Below, piece after piece: positions 27,876 through 37,311 of a stretch of DNA of 64,000 bases. This DNA comes from Parcubacteria group bacterium. Its GTDB lineage: Bacteria > Patescibacteriota > Minisyncoccia > Phycocordibacterales > Phycocordibacteraceae. Made by a program: the position numbers and the translations under genes. The notes below the pieces were generated by a model. That model was given only the letters and a program-made list of their open reading frames with translations. It had not been told where the DNA came from and made no database searches. The stretch is taken from assembly GCA_028286615.1 (NCBI GenBank), contig JAQBRG010000003.1:147406-211405 (forward strand). The letters run 5' to 3'. How positions within the stretch are numbered: position 1 is the stretch's first letter; every line of letters starts with the position of its first letter.

Positions 27876-28262
27876 TTAAAATAAAAGTCTTTTGATTCTT
27901 TCTTTCATTAAGGAGAAGTCTGGCCGATTCATCTTTCCTATGTAGCGGTTAAATCTCTTCGTGCTTATTAAGTGCACATGAGTTATTAAAGCCACCCATT
28001 TATCACCTTTATTTTCAAATAAAAAATAATAAGGGAGATCTTTAAAGGTTGAGGTTGTGGGTACGATGAGTGCCAGACCTTTTCCAAACGTTTTGAGCAC
28101 AATTATTGGCCTTTCGTATAAGGCTTTCTTACCGTCTTGCTCGTCGCCTATATTTAAGCCTACTGAGCACCACCATATATCTCGCTCATACACGATCAAC
28201 TCAGATTTTTCTTCTTCTATTCTTTTCTTCTGCTCATTCCACGCATCAAAATCCTTTTGCAT
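27876..28262 (-). CDS. MazF/PemK/Kid-family endoribonuclease toxin-like protein, AT-rich, no cognate antitoxin gene seen
   Basis: ERDIWWCSVGLNIGDEQDGKKALYERPIIVLK...LIVPTTS matches the MazF/PemK pattern (DIVW..., G.EQ.G.RP.VVL, V.P.TS). AT-rich. Confidence 0.7.
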   Translation of the reverse strand: MQKDFDAWNEQKKRIEEEKSELIVYERDIWWCSVGLNIGDEQDGKKALYERPIIVLKTFGKGLALIVPTTSTFKDLPYYFLFENKGDKWVALITHVHLISTKRFNRYIGKMNRPDFSLMKERIKRLLF

Positions 28263-28353
28263 TGCACTAACCTACAATATTGCGATATGAACAAGATGGT
28301 CGCGTAATAAGAAAAAGTTGACGCGCCGAAAGAGAGGAATACAATGAGCGGTA

Positions 28354-28893
28354 ATGCGAACCTTGCGAGAGATACTTTCATTCGTCATCCTCGCCGTCAT
28401 CATTGTTGTTCCTATCCGTTTGTTCATCGCTCAACCATTCGTTGTTGAAGGTGAAAGCATGCATCCTACGTTTGAAAGCGCTGACTATCTCATCGTTGAC
28501 GAACTCTCCTACCATCTCCACGCACCGCAACGCGGCGACGTTATTGTTTTTAGATATCCAAACGATCCGAAAGTGTTTTACATAAAGCGCATCATCGGTC
28601 TTCCTGGAGAAACCGTGAGTGTTAAGGATGGGAAGACAACTGTTAAGAAAGTTGATGGTACTGAAATCGCACTTGATGAGCCGTACGTAGTCTCTGAAGA
28701 CGCCACATACACCAACGACAGCGTTCTTGGTGCAGACCAGTACTTTGTTATGGGAGACAACCGTCCTCGCAGCTCAGATTCTCGTATCTGGGGACCACTC
28801 CCTAAGAAAGATATTGTAGGTCGTGCTTTCATACGCCTTCTTCCTGCAGGATCAATAGGTATTCTTCCCGGAAGAATCGAACTACCACAATGA
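28354..28893 (+). CDS. lepB: signal peptidase I
   Basis: S26 motifs GESMHPT (Ser box), RGDVIVF, GDNRPRSSDSR. Confidence 0.85.
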   Translation: MRTLREILSFVILAVIIVVPIRLFIAQPFVVEGESMHPTFESADYLIVDELSYHLHAPQRGDVIVFRYPNDPKVFYIKRIIGLPGETVSVKDGKTTVKKVDGTEIALDEPYVVSEDATYTNDSVLGADQYFVMGDNRPRSSDSRIWGPLPKKDIVGRAFIRLLPAGSIGILPGRIELPQ

Positions 28894-30056
28894 GTACAAC
28901 CGCCTCCGTACCTGCCGGCGTACGGCCAGACGAACTTTTGAAGCGTGCGCACGCTATCGGCAACTATTACGGCTTCACGCCGCTTTCAGTCCTTGCTGCA
29001 AAACAGAAAGGGCATGGTGCTCGCGCTCCCTATCCTGAGAACATGGGACTGGACGCGCTGGATCCTGTTGCCCGCGAAGTTGTTACACTTCTCAAGCAAG
29101 TGCGAGACATGGGTCTAGCTCCTTCTAAAGAGCGCCCTCTCTTCCTTTGGCACTCTAATGCTGCATACGGACGTCCTGCACCTAAGCAGATAATTATCCA
29201 GTTCCATATTCTTGGTGTAGAGCATGCTATAGCTGACGCGGTACTTATTCGTGCAGTTCGGGCACTAACCATGGACTTCGCAAAAGGCGACGTACGCTTA
29301 CGTGTGAACAGTATGGGAGACAAAGAGACTCGTGGACGTTTCGCACGTGAACTTGGCACCTTCTTCAGAAAGCATGGAGCAACTCTTCCTGCAGACTGCG
29401 TTTCTTGCGCACGCACCGACGTGTTCCAGGCAGCGGAGCTTCTTGTATCAAACAAGGATGCAGAACTCCCTTCTCCAACAGACCATCTTTCTGAAGCCAG
29501 CCGCAAACATTTTGAGAATGTTCTTGAATACCTTGAAGAGACCGAGACTCCGTACGAACTTTCTCCAGATCTCCTTTCTCGCGGTACCGCGTGGAGCGAA
29601 ACCTGCTTTGAGATAACAGGCAACAGCGGAGCGCTTCCATTTCATGCATGGGGTTCACGATATTCAGAACTTGCTCGTCCTTTCTGGAAGAGTCCAGGAA
29701 CGTCTATTGGTGCGGTTATTCGTATCCAGACTGAAGGACGCGAGACTATCGCTCCTATTAAAGAACGTACGAATCCTCGTTTCGTATTCGTACACATTGG
29801 AGACGAAGCAAAGCGCGAGAGTATGAAGATGGCAGACGATCTCCGTCGTGCACGTATTCCTATGACCCAAGCAATTGGCATCGCCTCTCTTACCGAACAG
29901 ATGCGTCTTGTTGATGAGACCGATCCTCCATACCTGCTTATTATGGGTCGCAAGGAAGCTCTAGACCGCTCCGTTATTCTTCGTGAGCGCGCTACTTACA
30001 CCGAGTCTGTTATTCCTCTTGATTCTCTTATAGATAGATTGAAGATGGTTGCGTAA
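28890..30056 (+). CDS. histidyl-tRNA synthetase-like protein with degenerate catalytic motifs (HisZ-like paralog or highly divergent HisRS)
   Basis: C-terminal class-IIa anticodon-binding domain (RFVFVHIGDEAKRESMKMADDLRRARIP...LLIMGRKEALDRSVILRER). Middle resembles HisRS (VNSMGD..R..F..L). Motif 2 region reads LFLWHSNAAYGRP instead of FRYERPQxGRxR. ATGA overlap with lepB. Confidence 0.6.
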   Translation: MSTTASVPAGVRPDELLKRAHAIGNYYGFTPLSVLAAKQKGHGARAPYPENMGLDALDPVAREVVTLLKQVRDMGLAPSKERPLFLWHSNAAYGRPAPKQIIIQFHILGVEHAIADAVLIRAVRALTMDFAKGDVRLRVNSMGDKETRGRFARELGTFFRKHGATLPADCVSCARTDVFQAAELLVSNKDAELPSPTDHLSEASRKHFENVLEYLEETETPYELSPDLLSRGTAWSETCFEITGNSGALPFHAWGSRYSELARPFWKSPGTSIGAVIRIQTEGRETIAPIKERTNPRFVFVHIGDEAKRESMKMADDLRRARIPMTQAIGIASLTEQMRLVDETDPPYLLIMGRKEALDRSVILRERATYTESVIPLDSLIDRLKMVA

Positions 30057-30143
30057 AGCTTTGCTGCAAAGCAGGATTGACATATCAAACATTAAAATGT
30101 ATGGTGCGTTTTAGGAATTCACTGGCTGAAGGAGTCTTTTGTT

Positions 30144-30446
30144 ATGTTCGCGATAAAGAGTATCGATCGTGATACCGGCCTTAACGGTTCGGTATATGTC
30201 TTCGCCTGGGCCGGGTTGCTGTTTTGGGGCATAGGAGCGGCGCAGTCACATCAAATTTTCGCCAACACCAGCGATTATTTGGCAGGTTATGGCTTTGCGG
30301 CTTTCCTTGCTGGCTTCGCCGGCATGACGTTCGCCGCTAACGTCTATGTGAATGACAAGCTCCTCTCGTTCTTCGGAGCCGTAGCGCTTGTCGGGCTATT
30401 TATGTGCGCTGCCGGCTTAGGCATGGAAGTCTATCGGAACTCTTAA
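30144..30446 (+). CDS. small membrane protein, hypothetical
   Basis: SD AAGGAG before ATG. Three hydrophobic helices. Terminator hairpin follows. Confidence 0.6.
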   Translation: MFAIKSIDRDTGLNGSVYVFAWAGLLFWGIGAAQSHQIFANTSDYLAGYGFAAFLAGFAGMTFAANVYVNDKLLSFFGAVALVGLFMCAAGLGMEVYRNS

Positions 30447-30585
30447 ATACCGCGCCCGAGATTCGTACAGGATCTCGGGCGTTCTCATATTAGTACCTCT
30501 GGATTGAAGCTCTTTTACAGAACTTGACAAAAGTGTAACTTATATGTATCTTATAGACAGGGTTAACTTGGATAAGGAGCCATCT

Positions 30586-30909
30586 ATGATGGTTGTTTCC
30601 GCAAAGAATCTGAACTCGATCGATTGGGTCGCCATTTTCTTCGGCGTCCTGCTGCTGGCTCTCGCCGGCCTCATCGCCTACGGCACGTTTCCATTGCCAG
30701 GTGTGACGGGAATCGATATGGACATCTTCCACGTGATGTTCGGACTCGGTCTCGCCGACATGGGGGTCGCGATCGGCATCCTGCTGCTGCTCTTGGGCAC
30801 CTGCCGCAAGCAAGCAGCCGAGATGCTCACCGTCCCGCTGCTTCTCATCGCGGCCGGAGGTATGCTGGTTGCAGCTCTCGCCCTCGGACACATCGCCGAG
30901 CTGATCTAA
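30586..30909 (+). CDS. small GC-rich membrane protein, hypothetical (start at second in-frame Met with SD AAGGAG)
   Basis: Promoter-like TTGACA upstream. Three TM helices. GC-rich codons. Terminator hairpin at about 30931-30968. Confidence 0.55.
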   Translation: MMVVSAKNLNSIDWVAIFFGVLLLALAGLIAYGTFPLPGVTGIDMDIFHVMFGLGLADMGVAIGILLLLLGTCRKQAAEMLTVPLLLIAAGGMLVAALALGHIAELI

Positions 30910-31016
30910 GCCAGCACAAGGTCATCGGCAAACGCTCGCGTTCCCCCTCCTGGGACCGCGAGCGTTTTAACATCATTTCTGGACAGAAAACCTATATCTA
31001 TGCTATTCTCGGCCCT

Positions 31017-31277
31017 ATGAGTAACGCAACACGCGTAGAGGTTCGTCGCGGCAAGAACGAGAGTTCTGCTTCGCTTCTTCGACGTTTTTCCCGCCGCGGC
31101 CAGACCTTGGGCCTTGTTCGTGCGCTTCGCAAGATCCGCTACTACAGCCGCACCAAGTCTAAGAACGTGCAGCATGCCCGCGCCATGGTTAAGGGCGAGC
31201 GCATCGCTGAATACAACGAGCAGGTTAAGCTCGGCAAGATCGATCCAGCGGCTCGCAAGACCCGCGGCCGAAAGTAA
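31017..31277 (+). CDS. rpsU: 30S ribosomal protein S21 (with C-terminal extension)
   Basis: VEVRRGKNESSASLLRRFSRR..GLVRALRKIRYYSRTKSK aligns to the S21 consensus V.VR.NE...AL.RFKR. The ORF-track ORF 30624-31277 is an upstream over-extension of this gene. Confidence 0.7.
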   Translation: MSNATRVEVRRGKNESSASLLRRFSRRGQTLGLVRALRKIRYYSRTKSKNVQHARAMVKGERIAEYNEQVKLGKIDPAARKTRGRK

Positions 31278-31305
31278 AAGCGCCACTCGGCGCTTTTCGC
31301 CTTTT

Positions 31306-31728
31306 ATGTCTACCACTCTCGATACCCGTAACTTAACGCGCCAAAAGGCACCCTCCTTCCCTTTCAAAGAGGCAGCTGAACTCGTACTCCCTGGCTGGGA
31401 AGTATCTCTCGCATTCCTTGGAGAGACTCGTGCACAGAATATGAACGTCGCACTTCGAAAGAAGGATTACGTACCAAACGTACTGTCGTATGAGACCGGA
31501 AGCAGGTCTGGAGAGATTGTTATTTGTCTTCAAGAAGCGAAAAGACAGTACAAAAAATACGACATGACATACCCTCATTTCGTCGGTTTCTTGTTTATCC
31601 ACGGTTGTTTGCATTTGAAGGGTACACAACATGGGACTACAATGGAAAGTAAGGAACGAGCATACCTAGCTCGCTTCATCTCTACTCCCAAAAAAACTAA
31701 TGGCACGACGAATCGCAACAGGCATTGA
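31306..31728 (+). CDS. ybeY: endoribonuclease YbeY (rRNA maturation factor)
   Basis: HGCLHLKGTQHG matches the H..HG.LHL.GYDH zinc motif. 140 aa from internal Met of the 204-aa track ORF. 29-nt overlap with ftsA. Confidence 0.8.
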   Translation: MSTTLDTRNLTRQKAPSFPFKEAAELVLPGWEVSLAFLGETRAQNMNVALRKKDYVPNVLSYETGSRSGEIVICLQEAKRQYKKYDMTYPHFVGFLFIHGCLHLKGTQHGTTMESKERAYLARFISTPKKTNGTTNRNRH

Positions 31729-32866
31729 TATCGGAACACACCACACGAAAGTGGTGGTGGTTGAAGAGGTGCACGGTCCTGAAGGAGTCTCTCTCCATAT
31801 CATCGGTACAGGCCTTGCAGAGACCAAGGGGCTGCGACACGGGTACGTAGTTGATGCGGAGGACGCAGCAGCAAGCGTACGCGCTGCACGCCAGCAGGCA
31901 GAACAAACAGCGCACCTCCCCATTAAGAAAGGCTTCCTTGCTATTGGCGGCGTATCCCTCGACGAGGTACGCGCATCAGGGGAAACCATAATCTCTCGTG
32001 CAGACCAGGAGATTACCGATCTTGATGTAGACAAGGTTCGTGAAGCAGCACGTCAGGCTGCAAGTCCTCATTTCATAAACCGCACCGTGCTTCACGAGAT
32101 TCCTCTGGAGTTCCGCGTAGACGGCTCTAAGTCTCTTGGCGAACCAATCGGCATGAGAGGCACACGCCTTGAGGCAGACTTCCTTTTCATAACCTCTCTG
32201 TCCCAGCATGTGGATATGTTGGAGCAAGTAACAGAAGCTGCTGACATTGAAGTTATAGACCGCATGGCCTCTCCTCTCGCTGGCTCGTACGTAACGCTCG
32301 CAAAGGATCAGAAGATGAAAGGATGCGTACTTGCTAATATCGGAGCCGAGACCGTATCTATCGTTGTGTACGACGAAGGCCTACCTATTTCTATAAAAGT
32401 GTTCCCTATTGGCTCAACGCACATAACAGATGATCTCGCGCTTGGTTTCCGTATCTCTCTTGAAGACGCAGAACGATTGAAGCTCGGACGCCTTGGAGGC
32501 AGCATGTACCCTCGCAAGAAAGTTGAAGAGATTGTTACCGCACGCTTCCGCACCATGTTCGACCTTATAGACAAGCATCTCAAGCAGATTGGCAGACGCG
32601 CGGCTCTTCCTGCCGGCATTATTATTTCTGGAGGCGCTTCAGGCCAAGGAACTATTTCAGATATAGCCAAAGGTTCTCTTAACCTCCCTTCTCGTATTGC
32701 AGATCTCCGCCTCTCAACAGATGTGAAGGTGCGTGATGCAACCTGGGCTGTTGCGTATGGTCTAGCTCTCTGGGGTCTTACTGGAGACACTGATACACCT
32801 AAGAAGCGGAAGTTCGGAGATGTTCTTTCTTCAGCACAACAGTTTCTTAAACAATTCCTCCCCTAG
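31700..32866 (+). CDS. ftsA: cell division protein FtsA
   Basis: Actin-like ATPase. N-terminal GIDIGTHHTKVVV phosphate-1 motif. Directly upstream of ftsZ. Confidence 0.9.
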   Translation: MARRIATGIDIGTHHTKVVVVEEVHGPEGVSLHIIGTGLAETKGLRHGYVVDAEDAAASVRAARQQAEQTAHLPIKKGFLAIGGVSLDEVRASGETIISRADQEITDLDVDKVREAARQAASPHFINRTVLHEIPLEFRVDGSKSLGEPIGMRGTRLEADFLFITSLSQHVDMLEQVTEAADIEVIDRMASPLAGSYVTLAKDQKMKGCVLANIGAETVSIVVYDEGLPISIKVFPIGSTHITDDLALGFRISLEDAERLKLGRLGGSMYPRKKVEEIVTARFRTMFDLIDKHLKQIGRRAALPAGIIISGGASGQGTISDIAKGSLNLPSRIADLRLSTDVKVRDATWAVAYGLALWGLTGDTDTPKKRKFGDVLSSAQQFLKQFLP

Positions 32867-32919
32867 ACAATTTTATAGATTCCTCTAAGTTTACGTTTAG
32901 GGAAGAAGAGGAGGACGAT

Positions 32920-33087
32920 ATGGGTTTGACCAAGTCTGAGGTGCGCTGCTCAACAGAGATCCGGATCGTGCATCGACCCATCGATGAGATCGAGAAAGAT
33001 CCCGAGACCCACAGAAGCTACATGCGAACATCGTGTGGACTTTGCGGGAAGTTTATCGGCGACAAGCCGTTAGATATAGTTCGGTAG
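32920..33087 (+). CDS. 55-aa Cys-containing micro-protein between ftsA and ftsZ (MGLTKSEVRCSTEIRIVHRPIDEIEKDPETHRSYMRTSCGLCGKFIGDKPLDIVR)
   Basis: Strong SD GAGGAGG 5 nt before ATG. C10/H18...C39-x2-C42 could form a small zinc-binding site. Below the track cutoff. Confidence 0.35.
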   Translation: MGLTKSEVRCSTEIRIVHRPIDEIEKDPETHRSYMRTSCGLCGKFIGDKPLDIVR

Positions 33088-33276
33088 AGCATGCCGACAA
33101 ATCGAATTGCTTTGGTATTTGGGGAAACTAACCTCAAATACCAAGGCAATTTTGCTTTTTATACTGAAATCCAGGCATTTTTTAGAACACAAAAGTTAAG
33201 TAAGTCAGTATTTGCAAGCTGGAAAGCACTGGTATGATAAGCGTTACGTAGTTTAACGGCCCCCTATATACCCCTT

Positions 33277-34539
33277 ATGTCCAAGCGCGTAGAACCTGAG
33301 ATCGAAACCTTCGCCCGAATACGGGTTGTTGGTGTGGGCGGTTCCGGATGCAATGCCGTGAATCACATGGTTAATTCGAAGGTTAAAGGTGTTGAGTTCA
33401 TCGCAGTTAACTCTGACGCACAGGACCTTCATCGTTCTCTCGCCAAGCGCAAGATCCACATCGGCAAGAACCTAACCCGTGGACTCGGTACAGGTATGAA
33501 CCCCGAGCTCGGCAAGCGTGCAGCTGAAGAGACTCGCCAGGAAATCCAGGAAGCTCTCCAGGGTTCAGACATGGTATTCATCACCTGCGGAATGGGAGGC
33601 GGAACCGGAACCGGCGCAGCACCTGTTGTTGCGCGTATCGCAAAAGAGATTGGTGCTCTCACCATCGCTGTTGTTACTCGCCCATTCTCATTCGAAGGTC
33701 TTCAGCGCAAAGAGCTCTCTGAGCGCGGACTCGCAGAACTCAAGAAAGAAGTAGACGCGTTCATCGTTATTCCTAACGACAAGCTTCTTTCAATTGTTGA
33801 GGCGCAGACAACTGCAAAGACTGCATTCGCTATGGCCGACGAAATTCTTCGCCAGGCTGTTGAAGGTGTGTCTGACATCATCACCACTCCAGGAGAGATC
33901 AACACGGACTTCAACGACATCAAGGCCATCATGGAAGGCGCAGGTCCTGCACTCATGGGTATCGGTATTGCAGACGGCGATCGCCGTGCACAGGACGCAG
34001 CGGCTCAGGCTGTTAACTCTCCTCTCCTTGATGTATCTATTACGGGAGCCAAGGGCGTACTCTTCGTTGTTGCCGGTTCAGACGATCTCGGTATTCTCGA
34101 AGTCCAGGAAGCAGCCAAGGTTGTGTCCGATTCCGTGGACAAGAACGCAAAGGTTATCTTCGGTATCATGCGAGACGACAAACTCAAGAAGGGCCAGGTT
34201 CGCATCATCGTTATTGCTACCGGATTCCCCGAGCAAGATGTTGAAGGCGGAATCTCCCAGGCATCAGTTGAGCGTTCTCTCTTTGCCATGCCAGCAGTTG
34301 AGCAAGAAGAAACTCGCGGCAAGATTTTTAACGATGTAATGAAGCGTCCAGCTCCAGTTGAAGAAGCACCTCGCGAGGAGGCTGCTGTCCAGGAGCCAGT
34401 ACGTCGCGAAGAACCAATCGTAACGGCACAACCACAGCGTCGCGATGAACCACCCGCTAAGATAACTCCTCCTGCAGTAGACGAGGACGAAGAAGCTTGG
34501 GGAGCAATTCCAAACTTCCTCCGCCGACACAAGAAGTAA
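33277..34539 (+). CDS. ftsZ: cell division protein FtsZ
   Basis: Tubulin signature GGGTGTG, T7 loop NVDFAD-like region (NTDFND), disordered C-terminal tail. Confidence 0.95.
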   Translation: MSKRVEPEIETFARIRVVGVGGSGCNAVNHMVNSKVKGVEFIAVNSDAQDLHRSLAKRKIHIGKNLTRGLGTGMNPELGKRAAEETRQEIQEALQGSDMVFITCGMGGGTGTGAAPVVARIAKEIGALTIAVVTRPFSFEGLQRKELSERGLAELKKEVDAFIVIPNDKLLSIVEAQTTAKTAFAMADEILRQAVEGVSDIITTPGEINTDFNDIKAIMEGAGPALMGIGIADGDRRAQDAAAQAVNSPLLDVSITGAKGVLFVVAGSDDLGILEVQEAAKVVSDSVDKNAKVIFGIMRDDKLKKGQVRIIVIATGFPEQDVEGGISQASVERSLFAMPAVEQEETRGKIFNDVMKRPAPVEEAPREEAAVQEPVRREEPIVTAQPQRRDEPPAKITPPAVDEDEEAWGAIPNFLRRHKK

Positions 34540-34557
34540 GCTTACGTAACATATGCC

Positions 34558-34586
34558 GAAAATACCCACGACAAGTGGGTATTTTC
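34558..34586 (+). terminator. rho-independent terminator after ftsZ
   Basis: AAAATACCCAC-gaca-AGTGGGTATTTTC. Confidence 0.8.
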
Positions 34587-34887
34587 TTAATGATTTACCT
34601 ATCAATATTTTATAAGTCTCACAGGGTCTGATGTATTAGTTTCTGTCGTGTTAAGGAGAATGGAAATGGAAACATAACCTTCCTTAGTGTCTGGAAACAC
34701 AGAAAGAAAAGGAAGTAAATATAAAATCCCTCATTACTGAGAGATGTTATATAGTGCCCGCTTTCTGCGTATAGGACTTTCCTCGGCTGAATAAAGCTTT
34801 CGCTTCACGAGCACTGAGACAGTATAGGGAAAGATCCAAAAGTTTTCAAGAGCTGCTTTACTTCTTCTTTTGCTATACTCATAGCCT

Positions 34888-35814
34888 ATGCACGATCTCA
34901 TAATAATCGGAGGAGGACCGGCCGGCATTGCAGCTGGAGTCTATGCCTCACGTAAGCGTTTAAAGACAGTCGTTCTTGCTGAAGAGGTTGGTGGCCAGAG
35001 CACGGTATCTGAGGGTATTGAGAACTGGATAGGTACGGTTTCTATACGTGGCTCAGAGCTCGCAAAATCGCTCCGTACGCACCTTGAGGCCTATAAAGGT
35101 GACGTGCTCACACTTGAGGAAGGAGAGCGCGTAGAGAGGCTTGAGAAGGCAGAGGGGGGCTTCACCGCAACCACAGCCAAAGGCCGCACCTTTACGGCCC
35201 GCGCTGTCCTTATAGCCTCAGGCGCAGGCCGCCGAAAGCTTGATGTTCCAGGAGCAGATCTCTTCGAGCATAAGGGCGTTACGTACTGCGCATCGTGCGA
35301 CGGCCCTATATTCGCAGGCCAGGACGTTGCGGTTATCGGAGGCGGGAACGCAGGCTTTGAAAGTGCTGCCCAGCTTCTTGCGTACGCAAAGTCCGTAACC
35401 CTTATACATCGACGTTCTACATTCAAGGCAGACGCTATAACCGTACAGAAAGTGCTGGCACACGAGCACGTGTCCGTTCTAACGGATACAGAACCTATTG
35501 AAGTTAAGGGAGACAAGTTTACGAGCGGACTTGTTGTACGCGATATAAAAACAGGAGAAGAAAAAGAGCTTCCCGTAACAGGCATCTTCGTTGAAGTTGG
35601 TGTTATCCCAAACACACACTTTGCAAAGGAATTGGTGCAGCTTGATGAGGTTGGACGCGTTGTTACAGACCCCAAGAACCAGCACACGAGCGTGGATGGC
35701 GTGTGGGCTGCAGGAGACTGTACCGACGAGCTCTACCACCAGAACAACATCGCAGCAGGAGACGCGGTTAAGGCACTTGAAGATATCTATCAATGGCTCA
35801 TGGCGCATTCTTAG
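34888..35814 (+). CDS. trxB: thioredoxin reductase
   Basis: FAD motif IIGGGPAG, redox-active CASCDG, NADPH-binding GGGNAG. Confidence 0.9.
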   Translation: MHDLIIIGGGPAGIAAGVYASRKRLKTVVLAEEVGGQSTVSEGIENWIGTVSIRGSELAKSLRTHLEAYKGDVLTLEEGERVERLEKAEGGFTATTAKGRTFTARAVLIASGAGRRKLDVPGADLFEHKGVTYCASCDGPIFAGQDVAVIGGGNAGFESAAQLLAYAKSVTLIHRRSTFKADAITVQKVLAHEHVSVLTDTEPIEVKGDKFTSGLVVRDIKTGEEKELPVTGIFVEVGVIPNTHFAKELVQLDEVGRVVTDPKNQHTSVDGVWAAGDCTDELYHQNNIAAGDAVKALEDIYQWLMAHS

Positions 35815-35825
35815 ACAGGCATAAA

Positions 35826-35858
35826 GAAAGACCGCGATCCTCGGGATCGCGGTCTTTC
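35826..35858 (+). terminator. rho-independent terminator after trxB
   Basis: AAAGACCGCGATCC-tcg-GGATCGCGGTCTTT plus T-run. Confidence 0.8.
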
Positions 35859-36090
35859 TTATTAACGTGGAGTAGTGCTTACGCAGCCTCTTCCTCGACA
35901 GTCTCCGGAGCTGCTTCTTCGGTAGGAGCCTCTACGACTTCCTCACCTTCAACCTTTACTTCATTCTCATCCATGTGTTTGTGGGAGAACGACTCTGTTC
36001 AAAAAAACAAAGCCGTCCAAAATTAATTGGCTGGCAAATCCGACCTATATCCGCATTATACCTTCCCAAGCTTAAAATACAATGAAGGAA

Positions 36091-37293
36091 TCATACCCCG
36101 TTCATCTGCCAAATGAGGGAGGCGACGTTCCTTGGCCTCCCTTCAAAGGGTAGGTGGTGGTTGTCAAAGAACGGCATACTGTTGCACTCGAGGATGCCAC
36201 ACCTGTCCTGCTCTTTCCATGAGCGAGATATGTCCGCGATTATGAAATCGATACCCGCGATTGGAGCTTTGAGTACTTTTGTAACTTCTTCAAAGAGCGC
36301 GACGTTGTCTGGATGCACTTCGTCAGTTACATCAGCAGTTGTGCCCCCTACGCTCCAGTTAATCTTTGGGTGCAGGTTAGCCCACTGCCCATTTTTGAGC
36401 ACGGTATTGAAATCAAACCCCTGCCACGCGAGCTCTTTCTTTGCCGCATCATCTAGATTTACATGATGGAAATACGGTCCTTGGCGTTGCGGATTCTTAT
36501 TCTCTTCAGCAGCTAGCTCAGTTACGGTATGCACCCCGTCTCCTATAACGTGCGGCTGGTCTCTACGTAGCGCTGCTGCAAACTTCCCGTCTACCGTCGT
36601 TGCCCTGTATACAGGTCCAACAAGTTCTTCTTCAATAACAACGCGGGGAGCAATCTGTTTTGCAATACTAAATCCTCGAGCAAGTTCTGCTTCGTCTTTA
36701 ATGTGGAGAATGGTGTGGCGAGACCCTGAACCCGAAAAGGGTTTTGCAATAACAGGAGGGGTTACGTTTTTGTATATCCGTAGGGCTGCCTTGAGTGAAT
36801 CTGCAGTTCCTCCTTTGGCAATTGGAAACCCAAGCTTTCGAAACTTGTCTTTAAGTACCGCTTTGTTGTCCATCCACTCAACACGGTCTATATCCCGAGG
36901 AGGCATGGGGATGCCCTCGTAGCAGATAGTGCGGCCGTTCGGGAGACGAGCGAGGAATATATTGCGCGGCAGACCAAAGAGACGAATCTCAGATACTTCA
37001 ATCCCCCTAGTCTTTGCTTCGTTCCAAAGCATTAGCGCAAGGAGCTGTGTGTGTTCGTCGGGCTCCATAACCCGCTCTGCAACACCCAAGCGTGTAAGGG
37101 CGCGGAATATAAGTGGCGTGAGGCGTCGCTCTACCGCATTTCCTATATTCGCGAAAACACGCGATCCAGGGAAACGAATCTGGGGAAACGCAAAAAGTTC
37201 GTCCACAAGAATGGACGAGTACGTAAACTGATGGAAGACAGCGTCGCCTCCACATTCTTCGCAAGGAGGGGGTTTAGGAACATTCACGGCCAT
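36091..37293 (-). CDS. ATP-grasp domain protein (RimK/cyanophycin-synthetase-N-terminal-like)
   Basis: VIAKPFSGSGSRHTIL (phosphate-binding loop context), GPVYRATTVDGK, GIDFIIADISRSWKEQDRCGILECNSMP. Substrate unknown. Confidence 0.55.
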   Translation of the reverse strand: MAVNVPKPPPCEECGGDAVFHQFTYSSILVDELFAFPQIRFPGSRVFANIGNAVERRLTPLIFRALTRLGVAERVMEPDEHTQLLALMLWNEAKTRGIEVSEIRLFGLPRNIFLARLPNGRTICYEGIPMPPRDIDRVEWMDNKAVLKDKFRKLGFPIAKGGTADSLKAALRIYKNVTPPVIAKPFSGSGSRHTILHIKDEAELARGFSIAKQIAPRVVIEEELVGPVYRATTVDGKFAAALRRDQPHVIGDGVHTVTELAAEENKNPQRQGPYFHHVNLDDAAKKELAWQGFDFNTVLKNGQWANLHPKINWSVGGTTADVTDEVHPDNVALFEEVTKVLKAPIAGIDFIIADISRSWKEQDRCGILECNSMPFFDNHHLPFEGRPRNVASLIWQMNGV

Positions 37294-37311
37294 GATGCTG
37301 CCCAGTATAAC

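Noticed and set aside
30624-31016. Upstream 131 codons of track ORF 30624-31277
   Set aside because: This is an in-frame read-through of the GC-rich membrane gene region and two terminators. The real gene is rpsU starting at 31017.
35860-35975. 30-aa acidic minus-strand ORF (MDENEVKVEGEEVVEAPTEEAAPETVEEEAA) after the trxB terminator
   Set aside because: No SD or promoter, and extreme composition. Likely noise.
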